In this document: piece after piece, positions 29,625 through 39,268 of the stretch
Numbering within the stretch: position 1 is the first letter of the stretch
Layout of the letters: every line of letters starts with the position of its first letter
Virus record (IMG/VR): IMGVR_UViG_3300037847_002883
Length of the DNA stretch: 64,000 nt
Origin: an uncultured virus (IMG/VR IMGVR_UViG_3300037847_002883)
Lineage: Duplodnaviria > Heunggongvirae > Uroviricota > Caudoviricetes
Strand: one strand, 5' to 3'
Made by a program: the position numbers and the translations under genes
The notes under the pieces: model-generated
Seen by the model: only the letters and a program-made list of their open reading frames with translations
Told to the model about the DNA's origin: nothing
Database searches by the model: none

Positions 29625-31909
29625 TCTTCCTCATCTCCTGCGTCTTTAATGATTCCAACCTTTTGAAATTGAGTGTTTGCTACGATTACTTTATTGTCTG
29701 GGAAATTTTGAGGTTTATTAACAAATTCTTCTAAGCGGTTTTTGAAAGCAACAATGATACTTTCTTTGATATTAGAAATAATGCTTGGCATTTTCTCATT
29801 TAATTCTCTTGCGGCATCCTCGGCCTCTTGCGAATCGGGGTTATCGTCTATGGTCTTAAACGCTTCCCTGACCTCTTCGTTTCCAGCCAGTTCATCTACT
29901 TGAGCAAAGAAACTAAGGCTTCTTTCAGGAGTAATTGATTCTAAAGCGGTTGCTTTGTTCGCCATTTCATCAGCAAGCCCTAAAAGTCCTCCTTGAGAGG
30001 ATAATTTTTTAGAAGTAGATAACAAATATTGTTCAAAATTATCCATGTTTAATAATTCTTCACGAAGAACTGCAAGTTGCTGAGTCATATCAATCTGCTG
30101 TCTTTCTCCTGTTCTTTTTTCTGCTTCTTCAAGTCTTTGTTCAAGATTTTTAATCTTTTCATCGGCTCGTTGCTTAGATTCTTCTTTTTGAGCACTTGCT
30201 CTTTGTTTTCTAGCGGCGACTAACTTCTTTTTTAAGCCAGCGATAGTTTTTTCTGCTCTTTCTCTTTGTTTATCGGAAGTTTCAGCAGTTTTTACTTTAC
30301 CTGCTTCCTTTACCGCTTTTTCAGGAGTCATAACTTCTCCTTCAACATTAAATATAGCATAATTAGCATCTCGCTTGCCGTCTTGTTCAACAGTTAGCAA
30401 TTGCCCCGATTCATCATATTGCTTATTTCCATCTTTATCAAGGTCAGGTGCAATAAATGCTGTTGGTTTCCCGTCTTTAAAATACTCAATAGAATATTCA
30501 TCAAAATCAGGTTCGGGGTAATCATCACCTGCTGGAACTCTCTCAAGTCCAGATTGTTTCAAATAATTTTCGTAAGCACTAGCCTCTTTAATTGAAAAAT
30601 TACCTTCAAGGAATTGTAAAGACTCTCTTTGCTTCTCTAATGCTGCTTGGCTGATAGAAGTTTCTAAACTGTCGCTCTCTTTAATGATATTCCGAATTTC
30701 AGCAGTAACTTTTTTTCGTGATTTTGTATTTACATTCTCAATTCTAAATGGACGGACTCTAAAATCACTCCTTGTTCTTTGTTGTCCATCAACCAATGCT
30801 TGATAAATTTCATCAATAATCTGTTCTGTGGCTTGTTCTTCGGTAAGGTTCTGTTGAATCCTCAAAGCATCAAAGAATGGCTTTTCCCATTCATTAGGGA
30901 ACTCATTGGTTAAAATAATTTGAACAAATGGATTCACATTCATTGACTTTGTGCTAGATTTTGCTAAAAATATAACATTTGCGAAGGAAGCGCCATTTTC
31001 AAAGGTTTTTGGCTTAAATGCTTCAATACTTCCTGGAATTTTATTAACTGCTCTAATATATTTTACAACAGATGCACCAGTAAAAGGCTCAACGATTGTT
31101 TTTCTCTCTTTTGAAGCAACAAAAATCTTCTTTTGACGAACTAAATCATCAACTTCAACAGTTTCGCTACCCGAAACAAATAACATCTTCGTATTTGTCT
31201 TACTTCCATCGGAATTTCTCATAATTTTGTTGTAAGTCTCTTTGACTCGCTCTTTTTGTTGAATAACTGCATCACTATCAATGATTTCCTTTGTCTTTTT
31301 GCTTCTTTTTGGAACCATTAGAGCAACTAATTCACCATTATCTTTTAAATCTGTCAAAATTGAGCCTTCTTTTAGTTCTCCGCCGATTGCATCAGCAAAA
31401 TCAGCCAAAAGTTGCTCATTTGTTGGCGGATTTTCAAACATAATTACAGATTTTCCTGCTTTTTCACGCAAAATATCTAAAGCATCTCTAACATCTCGGT
31501 TTCTTTCAAGAGTTCTTTTGGATAAATCAGCATTTTGCTCAATATTTTCTAAAATTTCATTGACTTTTTGCTCATCTTCGTCTCTTTTGGCTTCCATAGC
31601 CTCACGAAGAAGTTCTCTTACATCGTCAATTGTCATAAAACTGGCGGCATCTTTCAATTTTTGAACATTTTCTTTCATTTGTTCAATGGTTTGGTCGCCT
31701 AGCGGTGGTTTTGAATAAACATTATGCAGTTCCTCAATAGAAATGTTGCCCATTTCTGCCTGTCTTAGAATTTCTTTAAGTTTTTGCGGAGGAGTTTTAA
31801 GATTTTGGATTTCTTCAATGGCCTTTTCCATTTGTTTTGAACTAGCGATAACTAATCCCAGCATTGGTTTATTGACTGGAATCATTTTCAACTGTTCAAA
31901 CCAACTCAT
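29621..31909 (-). CDS. Large coiled-coil protein, N-terminal WxxxLK
   Basis: MSWFEQLKM, about 762 aa. Confidence 0.6.
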   Translation of the reverse strand: MSWFEQLKMIPVNKPMLGLVIASSKQMEKAIEEIQNLKTPPQKLKEILRQAEMGNISIEELHNVYSKPPLGDQTIEQMKENVQKLKDAASFMTIDDVRELLREAMEAKRDEDEQKVNEILENIEQNADLSKRTLERNRDVRDALDILREKAGKSVIMFENPPTNEQLLADFADAIGGELKEGSILTDLKDNGELVALMVPKRSKKTKEIIDSDAVIQQKERVKETYNKIMRNSDGSKTNTKMLFVSGSETVEVDDLVRQKKIFVASKERKTIVEPFTGASVVKYIRAVNKIPGSIEAFKPKTFENGASFANVIFLAKSSTKSMNVNPFVQIILTNEFPNEWEKPFFDALRIQQNLTEEQATEQIIDEIYQALVDGQQRTRSDFRVRPFRIENVNTKSRKKVTAEIRNIIKESDSLETSISQAALEKQRESLQFLEGNFSIKEASAYENYLKQSGLERVPAGDDYPEPDFDEYSIEYFKDGKPTAFIAPDLDKDGNKQYDESGQLLTVEQDGKRDANYAIFNVEGEVMTPEKAVKEAGKVKTAETSDKQRERAEKTIAGLKKKLVAARKQRASAQKEESKQRADEKIKNLEQRLEEAEKRTGERQQIDMTQQLAVLREELLNMDNFEQYLLSTSKKLSSQGGLLGLADEMANKATALESITPERSLSFFAQVDELAGNEEVREAFKTIDDNPDSQEAEDAARELNEKMPSIISNIKESIIVAFKNRLEEFVNKPQNFPDNKVIVANTQFQKVGIIKDAGDEEE

Positions 31910-31914
31910 TTTAA

Positions 31915-32802
31915 TCAATCCTGCTCTTCTTCCATATAATCTATTTGAACTGTTTCATCAACAGGTCTGGTTTTTAAGTCTTGAACCCACTCTCTAAACT
32001 TGTCATAGTCTTCATATCTTTGCTCAAAGTTAAAGAAATCATCAAACATAGTTCTGGCTTTTTGGGTAATTAGAGGAAAATTTCTTAAATTAGCCCTTCT
32101 ATGATTTGGCTTAAATATTACATATCCCTTTTCAACTAAACTTTGATAAATTGTATTTTCTGCGCCAAATGCTCCTTCTCCAATATTTAGTGCGTTAAAG
32201 GCTTTGTATTTAGGTTTGCCATAATAGCCTTGAACTGCTAATAAAGCCATCATTTCTCCATTAGTTAAATCAACGCTATCCGCTTCAGGTCTGCCCTCTA
32301 AAATATCAAAGAAATCCGAATCCTTATTAGCATATATGGTAATTCTTGCAGGTCGTCTATATGAGCCAGCATGGGAACGCCAACCTCCCTTTTCTAACAC
32401 AATCAATATATCATCGTTAGTTAGGTTTGATGGAATAGTAGGCGGCTCTAATCTGGAAACTTTTCTGTTATGTCTATCTTGTGGTCTATTTCCCATCATC
32501 CATTGGTCATCATCATATCCTGTTCTATAATAATACCATCTTAATTTAACTCTACCTGTTTTCCAATTTAAAACATTAAATAGATGTTCTGTGCCGTGAA
32601 TACTGGAAACCAAAGAATAGGCTGCTTTAGATATATCATCTTCTGCATAAAGAGTAACTTTTTCTTCTTTGAATCTAAATTGTTTTTGATAAACATTGTT
32701 TAAGGCTAATTGAACTGTTTCAGGAAATCTATCTAATGGAACAGTAGCCCCACTAGAAGATTCTTCCCTGTAAGGCATCTTTAGAATATTTCGCCAACTC
32801 AT
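31915..32802 (-). CDS. Hypothetical protein, N-terminal WxxILK
   Basis: MSWRNILKM. Confidence 0.6.
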   Translation of the reverse strand: MSWRNILKMPYREESSSGATVPLDRFPETVQLALNNVYQKQFRFKEEKVTLYAEDDISKAAYSLVSSIHGTEHLFNVLNWKTGRVKLRWYYYRTGYDDDQWMMGNRPQDRHNRKVSRLEPPTIPSNLTNDDILIVLEKGGWRSHAGSYRRPARITIYANKDSDFFDILEGRPEADSVDLTNGEMMALLAVQGYYGKPKYKAFNALNIGEGAFGAENTIYQSLVEKGYVIFKPNHRRANLRNFPLITQKARTMFDDFFNFEQRYEDYDKFREWVQDLKTRPVDETVQIDYMEEEQD

Positions 32803-32813
32803 TGTAATTTCTC

Positions 32814-33014
32814 CTATTCTTCTCCCATCATATCAAAATGAGCATCAATATATCTTTGCTCAATTCTCTGTTTATTACCTTCTTCGTCAATAAAAATACC
32901 AACTTGATGTGTCGTCGTCCCATCGGGAACCATGTCATATCCTTCCAAAATATAAGTTTTTCCTGTATGTTTGTTTCTATAAACCTCTCTTTTCAAAATA
33001 AATTCCCAACCCAT
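32814..33014 (-). CDS. Small SH3-like hypothetical protein, N-terminal WxxILK
   Basis: MGWEFILKREVYRNKHTGKTY. Confidence 0.55.
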   Translation of the reverse strand: MGWEFILKREVYRNKHTGKTYILEGYDMVPDGTTTHQVGIFIDEEGNKQRIEQRYIDAHFDMMGEE

Positions 33015-33031
33015 TGTAATCTCCCCTGCAT

Positions 33032-33238
33032 TTAAGGTTCTACTTTTTCATATAGCACTAGATTAGGACTCATAAAAGAAATATCTTCTGTATGTATTGT
33101 ATATTCTGTTGGGCCACCATAATCCGATTCAGCAATAACATATTGGGTTTTGCCTGTTTCTTTGGCTCTTTTTTGGGCTTCTTCAAGTGCCTCCGAAACC
33201 TGCAAGAAATCCTTTTTGAGTATTTTTTCCCAACTCAT
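33032..33238 (-). CDS. Small hypothetical protein, N-terminal WxxILK
   Basis: MSWEKILKK. Confidence 0.55.
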   Translation of the reverse strand: MSWEKILKKDFLQVSEALEEAQKRAKETGKTQYVIAESDYGGPTEYTIHTEDISFMSPNLVLYEKVEP

Positions 33239-33900
33239 TGTAATCTCTCCTGCATCTTCTGTTTAATGTCCAGCCAAATCTCAGGATTGTTCTGTGCAAG
33301 CACTTCTTGAACAATTTGCATCTGTGCGACAATAATTGTATCTTGTCGCTTGTGAATCAATTTACCCTTGAACTCCATAAGATACTTCAAAGATTCTCTA
33401 ATTTCTCTTGCTAACTTGGTAAGAGCATCAATCATCTTAGGGTCAAGGTCATTCCCTAAATCGTTGAACACTTGCTCTAAACGCATATCTAACTTCTGCA
33501 CATTGTTTGAAAGCAAATCAACTTCATTTACTTCCTTTTTCGCTATCATCATGGCCGCAGATTCTTGGACGATTGGGGCCAAGTGGTGCTTCATGTGGCG
33601 TTGCACCTGCGTTTTTGTGGTGTTGAGGGCAGAAGAAACAGCCTCACTTGAGATATTGCCTTCTTTTAACGCTTGTTCGTAGTGTTTCCTCATTGGGTCT
33701 GTGCATAAAACACATTGAGGATTTGACGACATTTTGTATTCGCCCATGTGGTTTCTTTGGTGTTGTGCCGCAGTTCCACTTCTCCAATTGTGAATAGTGT
33801 CTAATTCGTCGCAAGTCGCCTGTCCTGTTTCAAGAGCCGATTCAAGTTCTTCTCTATTCGGTGCTTGACAAAGACCGCAACGCTTGCGATTAACTGTCAT
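33235..33900 (-). CDS. Putative terminase small subunit (tandem CxxC-HTH-HxxxH units plus helical oligomerisation region)
   Basis: CGLC...HQRNH and CVLC...HMKHH repeats, then amphipathic helices; upstream of TerL in late block. Confidence 0.4.
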   Translation of the reverse strand: MTVNRKRCGLCQAPNREELESALETGQATCDELDTIHNWRSGTAAQHQRNHMGEYKMSSNPQCVLCTDPMRKHYEQALKEGNISSEAVSSALNTTKTQVQRHMKHHLAPIVQESAAMMIAKKEVNEVDLLSNNVQKLDMRLEQVFNDLGNDLDPKMIDALTKLAREIRESLKYLMEFKGKLIHKRQDTIIVAQMQIVQEVLAQNNPEIWLDIKQKMQERLQ

Positions 33901-34226
33901 TTTTTGCGACCCCTAAAGAAAATGTTATATCCTCTTGATAAGTTAAGAACCGCACTACGATATAACCTAAATTGTTCAGTCCCAACAGTTTCTTTCATCA
34001 ACTCTAAAGTCATTTCCATAGCATCTAAAATATGAGAGGGAAGCGTATTCTTCTTTTCCTCAATTTTCTTTTTCATGCGCCTATATGTTTTAATATCCTT
34101 TCCTATTCTTAATGCAGCGTTTCGCATATTTTGATTAAGGTTATATTCTTCCATTTCTTCAGGAGCATATTTATCTGCCAATCTGCGGGCTTCATCCATA
34201 TCAATTTTAAGGATGTCTTTCCACAT
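33897..34226 (-). CDS. Hypothetical protein, N-terminal WxxILK
   Basis: MWKDILKI. Confidence 0.6.
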   Translation of the reverse strand: MWKDILKIDMDEARRLADKYAPEEMEEYNLNQNMRNAALRIGKDIKTYRRMKKKIEEKKNTLPSHILDAMEMTLELMKETVGTEQFRLYRSAVLNLSRGYNIFFRGRKK

Positions 34227-34230
34227 AAAA

Positions 34231-34500
34231 TCATCTCCCTCTTCGGGATGGAAGAATATTCAATCTTTGTGCTTCTCTACGAAGTTCTTCATAGTTATCC
34301 ATCATATTATATGGTTTTCCACCAGTAGTGGAAGTTCTAATTGAGCCGCCCTTTCTTGGTGAATATTGTCTGCATTTTCCTTTTTCATCAATAGTAATCT
34401 CATCTCTTCTACAATGCCTGTTATGGTTTGATGCACATGAAACTGCATCACATTTTACCATTTCAGTCATATGGTTCCTCATATCTATGTATTTTGACAT
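34231..34500 (-). CDS. Small Cys-rich protein
   Basis: C-x4-C-x7-C-x12-C pattern (VKCDAVSCASN...HC...GKC). Confidence 0.55.
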   Translation of the reverse strand: MSKYIDMRNHMTEMVKCDAVSCASNHNRHCRRDEITIDEKGKCRQYSPRKGGSIRTSTTGGKPYNMMDNYEELRREAQRLNILPSRRGR

Positions 34501-34501
34501 T

Positions 34502-35674
34502 TTACTCTCTCCACAATAATTGTTGCCACATCTTAGAAATAACCTTTTGGTTAGGCTTCATTCTAAAACCTCTTCCCTTCGGCTCATCAAATGTTTTAGG
34601 GAATGCTTCCTTTGCTGTCTTTCTATAATCAAAGCCAGTCTTTCTATCTTGTTGCCACGCTCGGAAACCATTTGGTGCTTTGTTGGTATTCTTTCGCTTT
34701 AAGGCTCTATCTACTAAATTGATGATAGGCAAAGCAGTAAGTTTAATTCCAGTAACTGTTCCAGACAAAGAATCCTTTTTTCCCTCTTCGCCAAGTTTAG
34801 CGACCTTTCTTGCTAGGGCTTGTTCCTTAGCATTTGGCTTAATTTTAAAATCTGTTGCTTTTAATTCAGAGCGAACCTTATTTGTAAGCAATCTCCCGCC
34901 AGCATTCCAATAATTAGTATCACGAACAATCTTATTAAAAAATTCTTCAACAGACCGAATACCATCAATTTCATCATCAAATTGTGGAGGAATACTTCCA
35001 ATTTCAACTTCCATTTCCATATCGTCTAAATCCTCAACGGCTTGCTTCATAATCCACAAAAGACCTCTTGGGTTCGCAAACTTAGTTTTAACTTTTGAAA
35101 ATAATGCTTGATGGGGAGGATTGCCTCCTTCAAAACCATCAATGTCAATAACATGGGCTAACCATTCATCAGGAACTTTAGTAACTCCTTTATTTCTTTT
35201 AGCATACCATTCTGTCGCATAATGCCCTTGAACAGTTCTTGGTCTTTTCTTTTGACCTGTTTTGGTTCTTTCAACCTCAGTAAAAAGAATAAATGCGGGG
35301 TCTCTCGCTGGCCCTTTTCCGCCAGCATCACTTCCTTCACGATAATAACTTTCTAATGTTTTAGCCTGTTCTCTAATAATTTGCTCATGTTCACCATCAA
35401 ACAAATCATTATCAACAATGGCTTCAATAAATTCAATAAACTCAATTGCTCCTTCACCATCACGGCCTTTGTTTCTGCTTCCTGCACGAATATTATTCAT
35501 CATGTGCGTCTTGAGAAACATATACAAGTTAGGAACATTCTTAACTTGCATAGCATCTCCTGAAATACCTTGACAAGTCTGCCTCCAAGTGTTAAATTCA
35601 TTCACGAACTTAAACTCGCTTTGATTGACTTTATTTCCTTTATGGGGCTGAAAGTTCTTTTTCTTCTTACTCAT
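34502..35674 (-). CDS. Hypothetical protein (390 aa)
   Basis: Long ORF. Confidence 0.6.
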   Translation of the reverse strand: MSKKKKNFQPHKGNKVNQSEFKFVNEFNTWRQTCQGISGDAMQVKNVPNLYMFLKTHMMNNIRAGSRNKGRDGEGAIEFIEFIEAIVDNDLFDGEHEQIIREQAKTLESYYREGSDAGGKGPARDPAFILFTEVERTKTGQKKRPRTVQGHYATEWYAKRNKGVTKVPDEWLAHVIDIDGFEGGNPPHQALFSKVKTKFANPRGLLWIMKQAVEDLDDMEMEVEIGSIPPQFDDEIDGIRSVEEFFNKIVRDTNYWNAGGRLLTNKVRSELKATDFKIKPNAKEQALARKVAKLGEEGKKDSLSGTVTGIKLTALPIINLVDRALKRKNTNKAPNGFRAWQQDRKTGFDYRKTAKEAFPKTFDEPKGRGFRMKPNQKVISKMWQQLLWRE

Positions 35675-36509
35675 CCTTCTTCCTCCGCTTCTTTCTACCT
35701 CTTACCACCTTATTAAACATAGCGGGGGCAGAACCCGTAGTGATTGCACCCGCCATTTTAAGTTCATTGTCATCAAATTCAGGCTTTCTGTCTTGTCTTG
35801 CAGATAACCATAATTTCTTAAAGAAATTTCTATGCTCTTCACCATATCTCTTTACCCAAGAAACATAATCACTTGGGTCTATTTCTTTGCTAAAAGTATC
35901 ATAGGGTTTTTGAGTTCTAGCCGTCACTTCAAGTCTTGCTAGTTTATTCTTAATTTTATCTTTAGTTCTGGTATCAACTTTTAAATTATCTGTTATGACT
36001 TCAGCAAATGCTACGAATTTCTTTGTCTCTTCAATAGACTCTTTTCCAACTCTGCCTTTAACTCCTAACATCATTTCTAATGGAGGAGGAATAACTTGTG
36101 TTTCAGTAGCAGGATGGTCTAAATATGTTTTTAGCCTGTAAAAAATATTGTCAGGGAATTGTCCAGTAAATGCCCCATATTCTTTTGCTGCAGAATCCAT
36201 AGGTAATTGCTCAAAGCCCATACCAGCATGAGTCGCTTCATGCATAATTGCTCTAACAACATATTCCATAATTTCTCTTTCTGTTGGTTCTCTCTTCAAC
36301 TTATTTTTAAGATAACGGTAAATTGTATGATGGTTGATTCTTATTTCTTCATCAACGAGTTCTTTTAAGTCAGGACGCTTTCCTTGCATAATCATATCAA
36401 ATATTTTACTAGTATTGATAGGCTTACCTGATATGGCATAATGCCCAAACCCTTGAGTGGTTGAATCAAAGTCAATATCTTCCACTTTAAGAATATCAAA
36501 CCAGCCCAT
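35667..36509 (-). CDS. Putative zincin metallopeptidase (HExxH), paralog of 26650 ORF, N-terminal WxxILK
   Basis: MGWFDILKVEDIDF; AIMHEATHAGM...KEYGAF. Confidence 0.6.
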   Translation of the reverse strand: MGWFDILKVEDIDFDSTTQGFGHYAISGKPINTSKIFDMIMQGKRPDLKELVDEEIRINHHTIYRYLKNKLKREPTEREIMEYVVRAIMHEATHAGMGFEQLPMDSAAKEYGAFTGQFPDNIFYRLKTYLDHPATETQVIPPPLEMMLGVKGRVGKESIEETKKFVAFAEVITDNLKVDTRTKDKIKNKLARLEVTARTQKPYDTFSKEIDPSDYVSWVKRYGEEHRNFFKKLWLSARQDRKPEFDDNELKMAGAITTGSAPAMFNKVVRGRKKRRKKDE

Positions 36510-36511
36510 AA

Positions 36512-36679
36512 TCAATCCTCCTGTCTCATTGGGCAACTTGGGCTAAATGGTGGTGCTGGCAGACTTAATGGACATTTTTCATATTTAACGACCATTTGCT
36601 GACAACGGCGACAATAGCCTGTCTTTTGAACACGGCTCGCCGCATCTCTTTCGTCAAACTTGACGATTTCTTTCCACAT
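36512..36679 (-). CDS. Small Cys-rich protein, N-terminal WxxIVK
   Basis: MWKEIVKF...CRRC...C...C. Confidence 0.55.
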   Translation of the reverse strand: MWKEIVKFDERDAASRVQKTGYCRRCQQMVVKYEKCPLSLPAPPFSPSCPMRQED

Positions 36680-36680
36680 C

Positions 36681-36887
36681 TCAATCTTTCCGAGTAAATG
36701 GATTTTTAGACTTAGGCTTCTTTTTAGCATCTTTAGCCGCTTCTTTCATTGACTCGGTTTTGTTTCCATCACCGTCAATGTCTATGTAATCGGGCTTTGC
36801 CGCTTTTAGTTCTTCATCATCGTCAGTCTTTTCAGTCCCACAATGTGCCTTTTCGTCTTCTTTCCTAATAATGTCTCTCCAACTCAT
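36681..36887 (-). CDS. Small protein with DxDGDG loop, N-terminal WxxIIRK
   Basis: MSWRDIIRK...PDYIDIDGDGN. Confidence 0.6.
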   Translation of the reverse strand: MSWRDIIRKEDEKAHCGTEKTDDDEELKAAKPDYIDIDGDGNKTESMKEAAKDAKKKPKSKNPFTRKD

Positions 36888-36991
36888 TTCTTCTCACCTG
36901 TTATTAAGTCTTTCTTTTGTTTTTCTTCTTCTTTATCTAAACGCTTTGATTCAGCATCAAACCATGAATCTAAATAAGTGCATCTTGTCAT
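36884..36991 (-). CDS. Tiny hypothetical protein (35 aa)
   Basis: Own translation MTRCTYLDSWFDAESKR...; GGAG SD; ATGA overlap. Confidence 0.45.
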   Translation of the reverse strand: MTRCTYLDSWFDAESKRLDKEEEKQKKDLITGEKK

Positions 36992-37029
36992 GTTAATTTC
37001 TCCAAAAATTTTTGGCGGAATTTTTTTTA

Positions 37030-37338
37030 CTAGTAATCTTCAGACCTTTGCACATAGCCTCTCACAGCAAGTTGATAACGATGTAATAATTTAATCAACT
37101 CATCAGGAGAAACATCAATTCGCTTAGAATTTGGGCCAATAATTTCATTGTGAAGTTTAACTGCTGATTCTAAAATATTAGTTCCTACCCTTTGAAGGTC
37201 TTTATGCAAGTCTAGCATTTTTCCAGCAATATCAAACTCAACAAACCTTTCTGCAGAAAGAGCATTTGAAGTAGTAATCTCCATGTCGTCCTCGTCATCT
37301 ACAAATCTCATGTTTTTCCTAATCTCATCTTTCCACAT
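37030..37338 (-). CDS. Hypothetical protein (MWKDEIRK)
   Basis: ORF with AGGTGA SD. Confidence 0.6.
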   Translation of the reverse strand: MWKDEIRKNMRFVDDEDDMEITTSNALSAERFVEFDIAGKMLDLHKDLQRVGTNILESAVKLHNEIIGPNSKRIDVSPDELIKLLHRYQLAVRGYVQRSEDY

Positions 37339-37342
37339 AATA

Positions 37343-37750
37343 TCACCTTTTTCTTCTATATACGGTTAATGCGCCACCCATATCTAATTCGTTATAGACG
37401 GGCATTCCTTTGTAGCGTTCCTCAACATATTGTGGTTTAGCCCTAATATCAGAGAAGGAAGACCACGCTTCGTCTTTATCCAAATCAAGTTCAGTTTCAA
37501 GATTAGGAAGTAATTGGAAGTTTTTGTAAGGAATGATTTTATATTTTCCTGAACTAACATATTTATATAAGGCATGGATAGTATGCATATGTGTTATTCT
37601 ATTTTCAAAAAGAACATATTTAGGCCAACCATCAACATCAAAATTATTCTCAACATCGGCTATCCCCTCTCTATCAATAGGAACCATTTCAATTCTTTTA
37701 GGAGGATTAATCTCCACAGGGTCTTCTTTAAGAATTTCTTTCCAACTCAT
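37343..37750 (-). CDS. Hypothetical protein, N-terminal WxxILK
   Basis: MSWKEILKE, AGGTGA SD. Confidence 0.6.
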   Translation of the reverse strand: MSWKEILKEDPVEINPPKRIEMVPIDREGIADVENNFDVDGWPKYVLFENRITHMHTIHALYKYVSSGKYKIIPYKNFQLLPNLETELDLDKDEAWSSFSDIRAKPQYVEERYKGMPVYNELDMGGALTVYRRKR

Positions 37751-37943
37751 CTTAATCACCTAAAAATTCTCAAAATTTGGCTCGGAATTTTTTTGCCACT
37801 TGCGCCCTCATTTAAATTTTATGAATTGTATTCCCAGGATAAAAACTTCTGCTTCAAAGTAGTTCATTTAAAGATAATGAGTTTGGCCGCCGTGTAAAAA
37901 TGTTGTTATAACTAATCGGATTATCATAATTAATTTAATTATT

Positions 37944-38171
37944 TTAATTGCCAAAGTCTGTTAAACTAGTTTGTTTATCGTATCTATTAATAAAATCATT
38001 AATATGGCTTTTAACTGTTTGTAGTTTCTGGCCTATTTCCCCTAGTTTAGTAATATCGGCTATACTCATATTCTTCATTTGTTTGCGTTTAGCCTTCATT
38101 TCAGATAAAATCGCGACAATCTCTTTATTGATACCCTGTAATAGTTCTAATGCCTTATCCTCACTAGACAT
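37944..38171 (-). CDS. Small helical hypothetical protein
   Basis: 75 aa, ends QTSLTDF (PIP-box-like). Confidence 0.5.
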   Translation of the reverse strand: MSSEDKALELLQGINKEIVAILSEMKAKRKQMKNMSIADITKLGEIGQKLQTVKSHINDFINRYDKQTSLTDFGN

Positions 38172-38677
38172 CCTGTATCATGTAATGGGAGTAGGCCATA
38201 CCCTATAATGGTGGCGGTTTTAGCCTTGTTTAATTAAAGTTAATGCTTCAAAGAGGGGCTTTTAAAGCCTTTCGCTCTAGATGAGAAGAAATAAAAAATT
38301 TGAAACAAAGCCATATGGTTGTAGATTATGAATGCGGGAACGGTTGTTAATAACTACCATTTTCATCTATTGTCTTATTTTCATCTTCCTCTACGGTTTG
38401 CTATAGAACGCTATTGGTAACTACAAAATGTTTGTTTACAGCCATCTATGATGAATAACCATCTAAGTGCAGCAACCCTAAATGATAGTTATTAAAAACA
38501 TTACAACCATATGGTGATGCTTTGCTATAACCCCCAAGTGGGACGGGAAGAATTACCTCTTTTCTTCCCGCCCCCGTATCTCCCTCTATTCCCTGTTTGT
38601 TTGGGTCATAGTGCCATGACGAGAGGCTCATGGCTAACGGGCCGTTTTGGGGTGCTACGGACTTCATGCCGCATTGT

Positions 38678-38887
38678 TTAATCGTATAGGCCAGCCAAAG
38701 CCCATTGATATTCTTCTTCCCATTGTCGCTTGTATTCATCAAGGAAATAGGCAAAGAAGCGACGAGAGGAGAAATTAGGGTTATCTCGCTGGAACATATC
38801 GGAAACGGCTTCAACGGTGGCTTGGCTCACATCAAAGACTTCTGCGAGGGTTTCAGCCATTTTCTTGTAGTGTCGTCGTTGGAACAT
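38678..38887 (-). CDS. Cassette gene, hypothetical (69 aa)
   Basis: MFQRRHYKKMAE...DNPNFSSRRF; TATA-like AAAACCTTATAT about 25 bp upstream (leaderless). Confidence 0.65.
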   Translation of the reverse strand: MFQRRHYKKMAETLAEVFDVSQATVEAVSDMFQRDNPNFSSRRFFAYFLDEYKRQWEEEYQWALAGLYD

Positions 38888-39001
38888 GATTAACCGCTTG
38901 ATAAGCGGATATAAGGTTTTATTACCAAAGTATGCAACCATATGGTAATTGCTTTGGTTTTACCTCAAGCAGTTTAGACCCATGCTTAGGGGTATTTAGG
39001 C

Positions 39002-39268
39002 TTAGATTACCTTAGAAGCGGCCCAGACCTCAAGTTTTTGGATTTCTTCAGTTTGTAGGCCACGGTTAGAAGTCGGGTTAGGGAAACCGTGAATCTCCCG
39101 ATAGTCGCGCAAACCAAAACGACGGTTCAAGTTATTCTTCGCGTATAGTCGCATTTTCTGGAATCTGTTGAAGTGTTGGTTAGAGTAGCCCAACCCATTG
39201 ATTTCGTTCAAACAGAACTCTTCTCCGCTTATCTTGCATACCCCAGTAACTGTCTTTTCTTTTGACAT
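39002..39268 (-). CDS. Cassette gene, hypothetical (88 aa)
   Basis: Between sites 3 and 4; TATA-like element about 25 bp upstream. Confidence 0.6.
   Translation of the reverse strand: MSKEKTVTGVCKISGEEFCLNEINGLGYSNQHFNRFQKMRLYAKNNLNRRFGLRDYREIHGFPNPTSNRGLQTEEIQKLEVWAASKVI

Noticed and set aside
27..38208. Numerous plus-strand ORFs of 60-170 aa in the late block, and minus-strand ORFs after 44.5 kb
   Set aside because: Antisense shadows of long coding genes; S/F/L-rich, no RBS
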